From: Opitutia bacterium
GTDB taxonomy: Bacteria > Verrucomicrobiota > Verrucomicrobiia > Opitutales > Seribacteraceae
DNA: 57,791 nt
Assembly: GCA_038121045.1 (NCBI GenBank)
Contig: JAYOMW010000002.1
Location: forward strand, 1 to 57,791
Reading direction: 5' to 3'
Below, in pieces: positions 8,418 to 18,540 of this stretch (positions are counted from its first letter, which is position 1; every line of letters begins with the position of its first letter). A model generated the notes under the pieces. The model searched no databases. It was not told where the DNA came from and saw nothing but the letters and a program-made list of their open reading frames with translations. The position numbers and the translations under genes are program-made.

Positions 8418-9484
8418 GCTCCGCCGGCAACCGCAGAAAGGGATCGATCCTGGTCTTTGTCCTGGCCCTGATCGTTCTGCTTTCGGTCCTTTGTTTGCGC
8501 TTGATGGAAGAAGGGATCCGGGAGGCGAGGCATCTGGATCAATTTCACCGGAAGGACGATTTGCGCATTCACGCCTATTCCGCCTTGGATATTGCAGTCG
8601 GCGTTCTTTCTGAATTCAAGACGTTCGAAGGCAAGCTTTATTCGCCCGCCCAGGGTTGGGGAGATCCCTTGGCTTATGCTGGAATTTCACCCACCGAGGA
8701 GGGCGTGACCTGGTCGGTCCGCCTGATCGACGAGTCGGCGAAAATACCGATTTCTCAAGTCAAAGAGAAGGATCTGGTGGCGTTGTTTGCCGTGATGCAG
8801 GCGGAGGAAGATTCGCTGATGGACGAGGATGACGGACAGCCTTTTTACGACAGTATGATGGATTGGGTCGATGCGGATGACGAGGAGCGTGACGAAGGAG
8901 CCGAGGATCAATATTACGAGGGTTTGGAACCTCCCTACTTTACGCCCGGCAAGAAAATCAACAGTTTCGAGGAATTCAGGTTGATCAAGGGCTTTGCCCA
9001 TGATCCCGAGGATCATGACGGTAGTGGTATCTTTTTCGATGAACGGGGAGTCGAGACTGAAAATATGAGGAATTTTCGTGAATCCTTCTCTTTTTTCAAC
9101 CAAGGTGCGGTCAACGTGAATAACGCAAGTCCTTTTCTCAAGCGTTTTCTTTGCGGGGACGACGAACGCTTGTATGAAGAGTTCATGGAGGGGCCCTCGG
9201 TGGGGGGCGGAGAAGCTTTTTATACGAATCCAAATGATCCTGGCATGAGCCCCCTGCGGGCAAACAGTTCGATTCCCCTCAGTACCGAAGTCAAAATGTT
9301 TCGGGTTGAGGTAACCGTCAACAGAGGCTTGGCCAACTTTCAACTTCACGCCATTCTCTCCTACGGCGGCAATTTGGCGCCCCAAGCCGGGAAAGTGATC
9401 AGGCCTCCGTCGAAAAAAGGGCCGAACTTGGGATATCCTTTCAAGGTTCTGTCGATTCGGGAAAACGAAAATTTGGTCGACTGA
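8414..9484 (+). CDS. gspK: Minor pseudopilin GspK
   Basis: RKG|SILVFVL (no E5, as in GspK); DESAKI; DWVDAD...GAEDQYY; EEFRLIKG; VNVNNAS. Start at ATG 8414 (ATGA overlap). Confidence 0.85.
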   Translation: MSSAGNRRKGSILVFVLALIVLLSVLCLRLMEEGIREARHLDQFHRKDDLRIHAYSALDIAVGVLSEFKTFEGKLYSPAQGWGDPLAYAGISPTEEGVTWSVRLIDESAKIPISQVKEKDLVALFAVMQAEEDSLMDEDDGQPFYDSMMDWVDADDEERDEGAEDQYYEGLEPPYFTPGKKINSFEEFRLIKGFAHDPEDHDGSGIFFDERGVETENMRNFRESFSFFNQGAVNVNNASPFLKRFLCGDDERLYEEFMEGPSVGGGEAFYTNPNDPGMSPLRANSSIPLSTEVKMFRVEVTVNRGLANFQLHAILSYGGNLAPQAGKVIRPPSKKGPNLGYPFKVLSIRENENLVD

Positions 9485-9519
9485 ACAAACTGTGAGCGCT
9501 ACTTTTGAGTTCTGACCCC

Positions 9520-10764
9520 ATGGCTGAAAACCCCGATAGTCCTTCCGATTTTCCGCTAGGAGAATTGCGAGAAATCGTCCTGTTGCTTCCGGGAGAGCAT
9601 TTCTTTTGCGAGACCTTGTCGGTTCCCGCTGATCTTGCTCGGGAAGATTTTTTTGATTTCTGCCTGCAAGCTCTGGACTTGGATTCCTTCTCTCCCTTTC
9701 CCCCCGATCAATTGGCCTGGGGCTTTCACGGATGTCCGAAATCCCGCAAAATCTTGATTTTCGCAACTCCGTTCGTGAAACTGCGTCAATTGGGGTGGCA
9801 GAACCTGGAGTTTTTCAGAAGAGTCTTCCCTTCTTTCGTATCCCTCGTTGGAAAAGAATACGAAAGACCGAGCATCGTCTTCCTCTTGCATGACGAAACT
9901 TTGACCGCCGCGTCTTTCGAGACTGGCACAACCGTTCCGGATGCCATTTACTCCTTGCCTGTCGATGCGACCAACAGCGAAGAATTGGAAGCGGCAAGGG
10001 GGAAGTTGCTCTCCCATTTCGACCTTGCTCATTTCGATAACATTCAGGACGTCTTGTCTGCCGGAGAGGTTTCAAGAACCAACAACGGGTTCTTCAAGTT
10101 CGAAAGCGAATGGTGGGATTCCGACAACCCGGAGTTGATCGAACCCGTGCTTATTTCAGCCGAAGAACTTTGGAGCTTCGACGTTCGTCCATCGGATTTC
10201 AAGATTCAGGAACGAAAAAGAAGAAAGCACGCCGCTCTTCGTTGGATTGGTGTCATAGGGTCGGTGGCTTCCATGGCCGTGCTCCTCCTTGTTTTCATTC
10301 TCATTCAAATAGCGTCGGTGAAAGTCGATGATTTGTGGGTTGAGGAGAAGGTCAAGTCAGCCAACAAACCGGCGGTTCTCGATGCCATGGCTTTGCTTCA
10401 AAAACTGGATGAAAACAAAAGGGGTGGCATCGACCCGATCGGCTCATTGGAGAGAATCATGATGCACGCGGGAAGGAATCCGCAAGGGCAGGCCAACCTT
10501 TGGCTTACTTTTGCGGAATTCAAAAGCCGCTACGACGTCGAGTTCAAGGGACAGGGTACGAGCTTTCAGTCGGTGAACGATTTTTTTGCCAACCTCGAGA
10601 AGGCTCAAGTCGTCGAGAAGCTCAAGAAAGAACCCAAGATCGATACGCTCAAGACCGGTGGGGTTACTTTTAACGTAGATATTCAAATGCTTGAGGAAAA
10701 GCCGGTTCAAACGAGTTTGCCCGGACCATCTTCCGAAAAGGAAACGCCCAAAATCGAGGGATGA
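9520..10764 (+). CDS. GspL-like inner-membrane platform protein
   Basis: Cytoplasmic domain, a single TM (WIGVIGSVASMAVLLLVFILI) and a PilN-like C-terminus; follows gspK. Confidence 0.65.
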   Translation: MAENPDSPSDFPLGELREIVLLLPGEHFFCETLSVPADLAREDFFDFCLQALDLDSFSPFPPDQLAWGFHGCPKSRKILIFATPFVKLRQLGWQNLEFFRRVFPSFVSLVGKEYERPSIVFLLHDETLTAASFETGTTVPDAIYSLPVDATNSEELEAARGKLLSHFDLAHFDNIQDVLSAGEVSRTNNGFFKFESEWWDSDNPELIEPVLISAEELWSFDVRPSDFKIQERKRRKHAALRWIGVIGSVASMAVLLLVFILIQIASVKVDDLWVEEKVKSANKPAVLDAMALLQKLDENKRGGIDPIGSLERIMMHAGRNPQGQANLWLTFAEFKSRYDVEFKGQGTSFQSVNDFFANLEKAQVVEKLKKEPKIDTLKTGGVTFNVDIQMLEEKPVQTSLPGPSSEKETPKIEG

Positions 10765-11312
10765 ATTCGATCCGGTCCATTTTTTTCAAGCTAAGCGGTC
10801 GGGAGCAAACCTTGCTTCTCTTCGCGATTTGGACGGTCGTATTGGTTTGTTTCGTCAAGCTTTTGGGGGCGGGTGTCGAAAAGGGGCGCGAATGGTTTGA
10901 AGTCTCTGACTTGATCGAAGGCCATGATCTGGTTCTTGGGCAGGAACCAGAAATCAACCGTGAACTCGAGCTTAAAAGGCAAGAGCAAAAAGGGGTAAGT
11001 TACGACTTGAGGGCATTGCAAAACGAGGTCGACTTGATCAGGCTCAAACTCTTCAAGGGCAGGGAGCAAATGGCCCGTCTGCGGGGAGGACGCAAGTCGG
11101 AGAAGAACGAACGATATTCTCAACACAACGTGGAAGTGACGCTTACCGGCGTGAGTTGGAGCGATCTTACCTTGTTCATCAACGAATTCTTTCTGGATGG
11201 CCGGGAAAAATTCATTTTCTTCAGCGAAGTCAAGATTACGCCCAATTACAGGCCCAACCCGGAAGTTTACAACGCAACCTTTGACATCAGTTCCGTCGAA
11301 TTCAGGAATTAA
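10761..11312 (+). CDS. GspM-like protein
   Basis: LSGREQTLL followed by a TM, then a ferredoxin-like C-terminus (VEVTLTGVSWSDL). Confidence 0.65.
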   Translation: MNSIRSIFFKLSGREQTLLLFAIWTVVLVCFVKLLGAGVEKGREWFEVSDLIEGHDLVLGQEPEINRELELKRQEQKGVSYDLRALQNEVDLIRLKLFKGREQMARLRGGRKSEKNERYSQHNVEVTLTGVSWSDLTLFINEFFLDGREKFIFFSEVKITPNYRPNPEVYNATFDISSVEFRN

Positions 11313-11337
11313 CCCAACACCCCGCACCATAGAACGA

Positions 11338-13824
11338 ATGAACCGATTAACCCTTTTGATTTGGATATCCGTGATTGTGACCATGGGGCAAGGGCTTGTT
11401 TGCGCTCAGCAACCACCCGCTTTCTCTCCCCCCGGCGTTCCGCCTTCCCCGCCCACCGGCATCCCTCCGGTGCCCTCCGGTATTCCTCCTGCCCCGCCCG
11501 CTGGTTTTCCTCCTCCGCAATTCGCTCCGGTTCCCGCTGTTCCAGCGCAACCCGGGGGTCCTGCCGCCGATCAACCGCTTCTTCCTCCCCCAAATTCCCT
11601 CGGAGAAGATCCGGGTCTTTATCCTCCGGGGACGCGTCCTCCTCTCGAATTGTCTAACGTTTCCGGGCTGAAGGAAAAGGAGACAAGGCCTTTCAAACTG
11701 CGCAAAGCGGACGCCAATATGCTGCTCGATATGATTCAGCAGTACACGGGATGGATCATCTTGAGGCGGGCTACGGATCTGCCGCAAATGGAAATCAATT
11801 TCAACAGCGAGGAGCCTCTTACCAAAGGGGAGACCATTCAGGTCGTGGAGAGTCTTTTGTCCATGCACGGCGTTGGCATCAGTAAGATTTCGGACAAATT
11901 TTACAAGGCGGTGGGAGCGGCGAAAATCAACATGCACGTGCCGATTTGGCTTGAAAGTCCGGCTTCGGCATTCGAACCAAGCCAAAAGATTTACATGAAG
12001 CTTTTCAAATTGAATTATGCTCAGGCCAAAGACATCGTCACGCACCTGAGTCCATTCAAGACCGAAGTTGGACAACTCGTATTGCTCGAGAATGCAAACA
12101 GTATTCTGGCGACCGATGCCTTGCTCAATTTGCAAAGGATGGAAAAACTCCTCGAAAAGATGGACCGGGCCATTTCAACCGAAGAACTCGGAACCAAGTT
12201 TTTCGTGTGGCCTACCAAGCATGCGGGAGCCCGTGAACTCGAGAGCAAGATGAAAACCATGATCGAGGGTAGCCTGAAGCCTTTTCTCGGAGGCACCACG
12301 CAAGTCGATTCCGATGAACGGACCGGCAAGTTGATCATCGTGACGAAGGCGGAAAACATCGAGACCCTCGAGTTCATTCTGGAGACTTTGGACGCTCCCG
12401 TGAAGATGAAGACAACGAGCGAACTCTTCAAATTGCAACATGCCGAGACCAAGGACATACAGGCTATTCTCGACGAGGTGATCAAGAACCAACAGCGCAT
12501 CAAGCAACAGGTTCAAGGTCGGAAAACCGCCGCCCGCCCGACTACGGGGACTACCGCCGGCAAACCCGCTGCCACTCCGGTTCCCACCGCCGCTCAAAAC
12601 GCTGCAAGCGCCGGCGGCGACAAGGCCGGAGAGGGTTCGCATGAGTTCAGCGATTTCATTACCATCTCATCCGATGAAAGGAGCAATGCGATCTTGGTTT
12701 ATGGAACCAAGGAAGATATCGTGGAAATCGGCCGCATGATCGACTCTTTGGATCAACCGCTTCCCCAAGCCCGACTCGAAACCATATTCGTAATGGTCGA
12801 CTTGACCGAACAAAACCAAAGGGGCATCGATGCCTTGCTTGGTAATTTGGAGTGGTCGAAGTACGCTCGGGGTCCGAGGGGCGAAGGCTTGTTTGGAGAG
12901 GTCCAAACTGAGTCAGTTCAGCAAGATTTTACTGATCCCAGTGGAAATACTTTTACTCAGAGTGTTTCACAAAAGGTTCGCAACAATAATTTGCAGGGAG
13001 TATTAGGGATTCCGGGCTTGAATACGAGCATGCCTTTTCAATTGGAAGATTGGAAACTGACGGGCATTCGTTGGGATCAGATATTCGCCTTGTCTTCGGA
13101 GCGCAACGACGTGCGGATTTTCTCCACCCCGACCCTTAGTTTCGCCCACAATTCGCCCGACGTGCACATTCTCATAGAGGACGAACGGAATATCGTTATT
13201 CCGACCTACTCCGGATACAACACCGGAACGGATGGCCAGACCAGCACGGGGCAGCAAAGCAAGATTACGGCGAAGACCTCCCTCGAGATCAAGAAACCCA
13301 AGATCGGATTGCCTCAAATCGATGAAAACGGGACGATTGTTTCAGCCGGTTCGATCTTCATGGAGGTGGAAGTCAAAGCCGAGAAATTCGACGAGACCCA
13401 GAGCAACACCTACCAAGGGCAATCCCTGCCCGCCAAAAAGATTCGAGAGGCCAAGTCGGTCGTTACCGTTCGGGATGGAGAGATCATTGTCCTGGGGGGA
13501 TTGCAGGAGGTACAGGTCGATTCGACCGAGTCCAAGTACAATTTGTTAAGCGACATTCCCTACCTGGGAAAAAAGTTTTTTCGACCCAAGACCGTCAAGT
13601 ACACCCCTACGGAACTGCTTATTTTCCTGAAACCCACCATCATGAGACCTGGTTTCGATGACACGGAGGATAATGTAAACTCCATAGACGAACGCATCAA
13701 AGGGGACTACAAACCGAAATTCACCTCGCCTTCCGGGCAAATTTTGGGAATGCCCGATATCGATGGGAAAAACAAGGGGCAGGCCTCCCACAAGGACAAG
13801 CCTTCCTCCCGACCCAGTTTGTGA
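11338..13824 (+). CDS. gspD: T2SS secretin GspD with Pro-rich N-terminus
   Basis: Signal peptide; N-domains (LNYAQA, DERTGKLII, DERSNAILV..LDQPLPQ); secretin end VRDGEIIVLGGL...LSDIPYLG...TELLIFLKPTI. Confidence 0.9.
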   Translation: MNRLTLLIWISVIVTMGQGLVCAQQPPAFSPPGVPPSPPTGIPPVPSGIPPAPPAGFPPPQFAPVPAVPAQPGGPAADQPLLPPPNSLGEDPGLYPPGTRPPLELSNVSGLKEKETRPFKLRKADANMLLDMIQQYTGWIILRRATDLPQMEINFNSEEPLTKGETIQVVESLLSMHGVGISKISDKFYKAVGAAKINMHVPIWLESPASAFEPSQKIYMKLFKLNYAQAKDIVTHLSPFKTEVGQLVLLENANSILATDALLNLQRMEKLLEKMDRAISTEELGTKFFVWPTKHAGARELESKMKTMIEGSLKPFLGGTTQVDSDERTGKLIIVTKAENIETLEFILETLDAPVKMKTTSELFKLQHAETKDIQAILDEVIKNQQRIKQQVQGRKTAARPTTGTTAGKPAATPVPTAAQNAASAGGDKAGEGSHEFSDFITISSDERSNAILVYGTKEDIVEIGRMIDSLDQPLPQARLETIFVMVDLTEQNQRGIDALLGNLEWSKYARGPRGEGLFGEVQTESVQQDFTDPSGNTFTQSVSQKVRNNNLQGVLGIPGLNTSMPFQLEDWKLTGIRWDQIFALSSERNDVRIFSTPTLSFAHNSPDVHILIEDERNIVIPTYSGYNTGTDGQTSTGQQSKITAKTSLEIKKPKIGLPQIDENGTIVSAGSIFMEVEVKAEKFDETQSNTYQGQSLPAKKIREAKSVVTVRDGEIIVLGGLQEVQVDSTESKYNLLSDIPYLGKKFFRPKTVKYTPTELLIFLKPTIMRPGFDDTEDNVNSIDERIKGDYKPKFTSPSGQILGMPDIDGKNKGQASHKDKPSSRPSL

Positions 13825-14366
13825 TGACTTCTCTCTTTGCCAAAAGTATCCGAGGCGCCTGGGTCGCCTGTTTTCTGACCTCGGTCGGTTCCTTTTCGTT
13901 GGCCCAGAAGCCAAGCCCTTTCGCCATACCCGGAAGGCCGCCTCCGCCTCCCAAAACTCTCCCAAGTCAGCTTGCACCGCCCAAGAAAATGACTCCACCC
14001 GCAAAAAAGCTGCCTTCTCCCTACGAATTGCGCGGTTGCTACAATTTCGATGGAAAATGGTATTTTGCCCTTTATCATAAGTCGACGAGGGAGAGCGCCT
14101 GGCTTTCTTTGGAAGAAAATTCCACTTCGGCCATTTACGCCGGGGATGTTTTCATTTTCGATATCGAGAACTTCAAAGTGACTCACGAGAGCTCGGATCC
14201 ACTGGTCACATACGAAGAAATCGAACTGGCCGAGGCGTCCAAGGCCTCTGGAGCTGCGTTCAATCCCGCCGCCCCGAAGCCCGGTCAGGCTAGCCCCAAG
14301 AAACCGGTTCCTCCTGTGATAAAGACTGTTCCAAAAGGTTTGGTCTTGCCTAAACCGAAACGGTAA
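13824..14366 (+). CDS. Pro-rich periplasmic protein, possible GspC equivalent
   Basis: Signal/TM, Pro-rich linker and a beta-rich core YELRG...YFAL...SAWL, lying between gspD and gspE. Confidence 0.5.
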   Translation: MTSLFAKSIRGAWVACFLTSVGSFSLAQKPSPFAIPGRPPPPPKTLPSQLAPPKKMTPPAKKLPSPYELRGCYNFDGKWYFALYHKSTRESAWLSLEENSTSAIYAGDVFIFDIENFKVTHESSDPLVTYEEIELAEASKASGAAFNPAAPKPGQASPKKPVPPVIKTVPKGLVLPKPKR

Positions 14367-14377
14367 TTGAAAAGACC

Positions 14378-16198
14378 GTGATTTCCGAAAAAACAAACCC
14401 AGGCGAAGCCGAACAGACGGAAACAGATGGCCTTGAGCAGGAGGACAAGGTTCTTCTTGCATCCTCTTCCTTTGAGGATATGGACTGGTGGCCCGGGTTG
14501 ACCGATATCGACCGGATCAACATCCTGAGCTCTCCTCTCGAAGACCGGGCTCGTTTACTTGCCTCCAAATATTCGCGCGACCTGATTGAAACGATGCGTG
14601 AGATCGGAAAGAAATCGGACCTTGCCTACGTGGATGATTTCGAGTTGCCGGACAATCCGACCAAGCTTCTGCCTCTTCGAATGATACACAACTACAGTTG
14701 TCTGCCGATTGGCTTGGATGAGGATGGACGAATTGAGTTGGTTGCTGTCTGGCCTCCCTCGACCCGCATGAGTCGGTGGGTTTTTGCGGTTTCGGGCAGA
14801 ACGCCGGTTTGGAGCTTGAGTTCGCCGGAGAAAATTTCCCGGGCGATTACCGAGAACTTCGGGATCGGAGCCGATAGCTTGGATGATTCGGATCTTGATC
14901 AGGACGGAGACGAGGATACCCAGGATGACCTCGAGGACCAAAATGCCGCCATTATCCGCTTCGTGAACGAAGTGATTCAGCGGGCCATCGTGGACCGGGC
15001 CACGGATATTCATTTTGAGCCCCATAAGGAAACCTTGCAAATCCGCTACCGCATAGACGGTCAGTTGGTCCCTGTTCGTGTTCCGGACAACCTGAGAAGC
15101 TTTCAAGACGCCATCATCTCGCGGATCAAGATCATGAGCGCCATCAACATTTCTGAAAAGAGAAGGCCTCAAGGAGGAAGAATTACCTTTACCCACGGAC
15201 AAAGCGATCTCGATATTCGCGTGTCCACGCTGCCCACCCTTTATGGCGAGAGCATCAGTCTGCGATTGCTTAACGAAAAGTCGCAACCCTTGTCGATGAG
15301 GGAGCTCGGCTTGGCGGCGAACGATGAAAAGAACATTGTTGCCGTCTTGGAGAAACCTCACGGCATTGTCTTGGTCACGGGACCCACCGGATCGGGTAAG
15401 TCCACTTCACTGACCGCTTTCATCAGGAGGATTCACAAACCGGAGCGTAGGATCATGACGGTCGAGGATCCCGTCGAATACGAGGTGGCCGGCATCAATC
15501 AAACCCAAGTGAATTCGGAAATCGGTTTCACTTTCGCAAGCGCTTTGCGGGAAATTCTGCGGCAGGACCCGGACGTGATCATGGTCGGGGAAATCAGGGA
15601 CCGGGAGACCGCAGACATTGCCATTCGGGCTTCCCTGACGGGTCACTTGGTTTTGAGCACTTTGCACACCAACGATGCTCCGGGGGCCATTACCCGCTTG
15701 GTCGACATGGAAATCGAACCTTTTCTCATCGCTTCCTCTGTTGAAATGGTGATTGCCCAAAGACTCGTTCGAAGGCTTTGCCAGGAGTGTTCTTCTCTCG
15801 CCACAATGTCCGAGGGCGACCTTTTGGCCTCTTTGTCCTTGTTGGAAGTCGATCCGAGTGAAGTCGTTCACGCGGACAAGGTGTTGCGGTCCGTCGGTTG
15901 TCAGAAATGTCAAAACCTCGGATATCGAGGGCGCGTGGGTATTTTCGAACTGATGAAGATGAGCGATTCCATTCATGGGTTGGTGATCAACAATGCCTCC
16001 GCTCCGGACATCCGAGAGGTGGCTCTCAAAGAAGGGATGAGCACGTTGCAGGGGAGCGGTTGGGAACAAATCAAGCGAGGGTTCACGACCTTCGACGAAG
16101 TTATTCGTTATGCCGACGGGTTTATTGACGATGAGCCGGAAACCCCTTTCGGGAGTGACGAACACCAAAGCGAGTTCGAAGGTCCTGCAGTGGGCTGA
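14378..16198 (+). CDS. gspE: T2SS ATPase GspE
   Basis: ATDIHFEP; Walker A GPTGSGKS; EDPVEY; [15 protein letters not shown]; LSTLHTN; CQEC/CQKC zinc motif. Confidence 0.93.
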   Translation: MISEKTNPGEAEQTETDGLEQEDKVLLASSSFEDMDWWPGLTDIDRINILSSPLEDRARLLASKYSRDLIETMREIGKKSDLAYVDDFELPDNPTKLLPLRMIHNYSCLPIGLDEDGRIELVAVWPPSTRMSRWVFAVSGRTPVWSLSSPEKISRAITENFGIGADSLDDSDLDQDGDEDTQDDLEDQNAAIIRFVNEVIQRAIVDRATDIHFEPHKETLQIRYRIDGQLVPVRVPDNLRSFQDAIISRIKIMSAINISEKRRPQGGRITFTHGQSDLDIRVSTLPTLYGESISLRLLNEKSQPLSMRELGLAANDEKNIVAVLEKPHGIVLVTGPTGSGKSTSLTAFIRRIHKPERRIMTVEDPVEYEVAGINQTQVNSEIGFTFASALREILRQDPDVIMVGEIRDRETADIAIRASLTGHLVLSTLHTNDAPGAITRLVDMEIEPFLIASSVEMVIAQRLVRRLCQECSSLATMSEGDLLASLSLLEVDPSEVVHADKVLRSVGCQKCQNLGYRGRVGIFELMKMSDSIHGLVINNASAPDIREVALKEGMSTLQGSGWEQIKRGFTTFDEVIRYADGFIDDEPETPFGSDEHQSEFEGPAVG

Positions 16199-16210
16199 AC
16201 CATACCGTAA

Positions 16211-17476
16211 ATGGCCAAGTTCAAATACGTTGCCATTGACCTAAAGGGAAAAAGCCTTGCCGGGGAGGTCGAGGCAGACGACCTGAAGAAGGCAAAGCAG
16301 TTGATCCGATCCGATGGCATAACGCCCCTCAAAGTGACCAAGGCGGGAGGAAGCGAGAAGAAGAGCAAACCCGTTTCGTCCATGCCCTTGGGCAAAAAAA
16401 ACGATCCATCCAAGCCCGGTTCGCGCAAGCTTGGAGCCAAGGGCGAGGCCATTGGGTTGGATTTTCTCAAGAGACTGATGGAGTTGCATGGGAGCGGAAT
16501 GCCGGTTGCCGATTCGGTGAAGCTTCTGAATCAAAGGCTTTCCGATCCCAAACTCAAGGACGTGGCGCGTTTTCTCTGGAAGGAACTCGCGGAGGGAAGA
16601 ACGCTTTCCCGGGCCATGAGAGCCTTGCCCCAATATTTCAGTGAGTCATCGACTTTCGTCATTGAGGCCGGTGAGGCAACGGGCAACGTGGGTCCGATCC
16701 TAAAAAAGATCATCGTTTACCTCGAGGAGAAGAGGGAGATTCGATCGAAAGTCCTCACCAGCATGGCTTACCCATGTTTCGTCGGGTTGGTTGCTTTTGG
16801 GGTGGTTGTCTTCTTCATCAAGGTTCTCTTGCCTCAAATCAAGGGCATGCTGGACAAGATGGGCGGAGAAATGAACTTTTTGGCCAAACTGCTCATCAAC
16901 AGCTCTGACTTCGTCAAGAATTTCGGCCCTTTTGTCCTGATCGGTTTGATCATCTCGCTGGCGGTTGCCCACAAGTGGCGTAAGACCGAAAAAGGAGGGA
17001 TGTCGGTGGACCGGGCTATCCTGAAGATTCCTCTTTTCGGCAACATACTGTACTTGTCTCAGATGTTTCAGTTGACGAGTTTGCTCTCCACCTTGATCTG
17101 GAGCGGGATCGGGTTGACCGAAAACTTGCGTCTGTGTGAAAAAACCATCACCAACCGCTTTCTACGGGACCGTTTCCGTTCGGCTCGGGCCTTGGTGAAC
17201 GAAGGGAAGGCTCTTCCCGAAGCTTTGAGAAAATTCAAGTTTCTCCCCTTGATCCAGCTCGATATTTTGGAAGTGGGTGAAAAAACGGGCAACTTGGGCA
17301 ACAGCATGGAAGACATTAGCAATGCCTTTCGCGAACAATTGACCAAGCGGATCAAAGTTATGACGACTTTGGTTTCGGGCGCTGCCCTTGGCTTTGCCTT
17401 TTCCCTGGTCGCTTTGGTCGCGATTGCGATTGTCACGAGTATTTTCGAGGTGAGCAAAAGCATAAAGATCAATTAG
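16211..17476 (+). CDS. gspF: T2SS inner-membrane protein GspF
   Basis: FKYVAID..GK; two T2SSF repeats (AGEATG, VGEKTG); MAYP. Confidence 0.9.
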   Translation: MAKFKYVAIDLKGKSLAGEVEADDLKKAKQLIRSDGITPLKVTKAGGSEKKSKPVSSMPLGKKNDPSKPGSRKLGAKGEAIGLDFLKRLMELHGSGMPVADSVKLLNQRLSDPKLKDVARFLWKELAEGRTLSRAMRALPQYFSESSTFVIEAGEATGNVGPILKKIIVYLEEKREIRSKVLTSMAYPCFVGLVAFGVVVFFIKVLLPQIKGMLDKMGGEMNFLAKLLINSSDFVKNFGPFVLIGLIISLAVAHKWRKTEKGGMSVDRAILKIPLFGNILYLSQMFQLTSLLSTLIWSGIGLTENLRLCEKTITNRFLRDRFRSARALVNEGKALPEALRKFKFLPLIQLDILEVGEKTGNLGNSMEDISNAFREQLTKRIKVMTTLVSGAALGFAFSLVALVAIAIVTSIFEVSKSIKIN

Positions 17477-17478
17477 TC

Positions 17479-18456
17479 ATGCCCTTCGGTTCGGAATCCA
17501 GGTTTTTCAAGGTCCTCGCGACCTCGGCTTGGCTTTTCATGCAGGGCGGTTGTGGGAGTGAAGAGGAGGAACGGGAAAGCTTGCGCAGCGAATCGAGCGG
17601 TTTGCTCGAAAAGGCAATGGAGGGCAAGCAGACGTTGGAGGATGGTTCGACGTACGAGGGTGAGCTGTCTAAAGGGAAACCCAATGGTTATGGGAAGAAA
17701 ACCTTTTCCTCCGGCGACGTTTTCGAGGGTCTCTTCAAAAACGGCCTGGCTCACGGTTACGGAACGCGCCTTTACCAATCCGACGACCAAATCGATCGCT
17801 ACTCGGGTCTTTGGGCAAGCGGGAAAAAAGAGGGTTTTGGAACTTTGATCTATTCGGATTCTTCGCGCATGGAGGGTCATTGGGAATCGGATGAACTTCT
17901 TTACGGTGAATACCAAGGCTCGGACGGTGTGATTCTCACTGGCAAGTGGAAGGAATCGGTCTTGTCCGAGGGGAGTATGAAAACCGAGTTCAACGAAGAG
18001 TTCACAGGGACCTTCAACCCGGACGGGTCCTTTGCCAAGGGAACTTTCCTGGCAAGTGGCGGAGACAGGTATACGGGGCATTTCCAGGCTAATTCGTATC
18101 ATGGAAGCGGAGTTCTCGAACAGAAAGACGGTTCGCTTTACGTCGGAAGTTTTGCGGAGGGGCTTTTCGAGGGCGTGGGGGTTTGGGTGAAACCGAGTGG
18201 TTCCACTTACTCAGGAACTTTCAAAAATGGATTGCCCGATGGGTTTGGCACTCAGCAAGACGTGACTGGAGTTACCTATTCGGGAACTTGGTCGGAAGGA
18301 GTGAAAAAGGGGAGAGGTAACCTTGATTTTGGAGATGGAACGAGCTTTACCGGAGAGTTCGACAAGGGCCTGGCCATTCGTGGATCCTATGACTGGGGGG
18401 ATGGTCGGGTTACTGATTCTTATCAAGATGAAAACGGGGATTGGCGGGACAGGTAG
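17479..18456 (+). CDS. MORN-repeat putative lipoprotein
   Basis: QGGC lipobox-like site; tandem YxGxFxxGxxxGxG repeats throughout. Confidence 0.85.
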   Translation: MPFGSESRFFKVLATSAWLFMQGGCGSEEEERESLRSESSGLLEKAMEGKQTLEDGSTYEGELSKGKPNGYGKKTFSSGDVFEGLFKNGLAHGYGTRLYQSDDQIDRYSGLWASGKKEGFGTLIYSDSSRMEGHWESDELLYGEYQGSDGVILTGKWKESVLSEGSMKTEFNEEFTGTFNPDGSFAKGTFLASGGDRYTGHFQANSYHGSGVLEQKDGSLYVGSFAEGLFEGVGVWVKPSGSTYSGTFKNGLPDGFGTQQDVTGVTYSGTWSEGVKKGRGNLDFGDGTSFTGEFDKGLAIRGSYDWGDGRVTDSYQDENGDWRDR

Positions 18457-18540
18457 TTCGATTCGACCGTTGGCTGTGTTCCGCTTTGAAGATTGCCAAG
18501 TTCCGACTTTTTGTAATAAATTTATTCGATAGAGCCAAAT

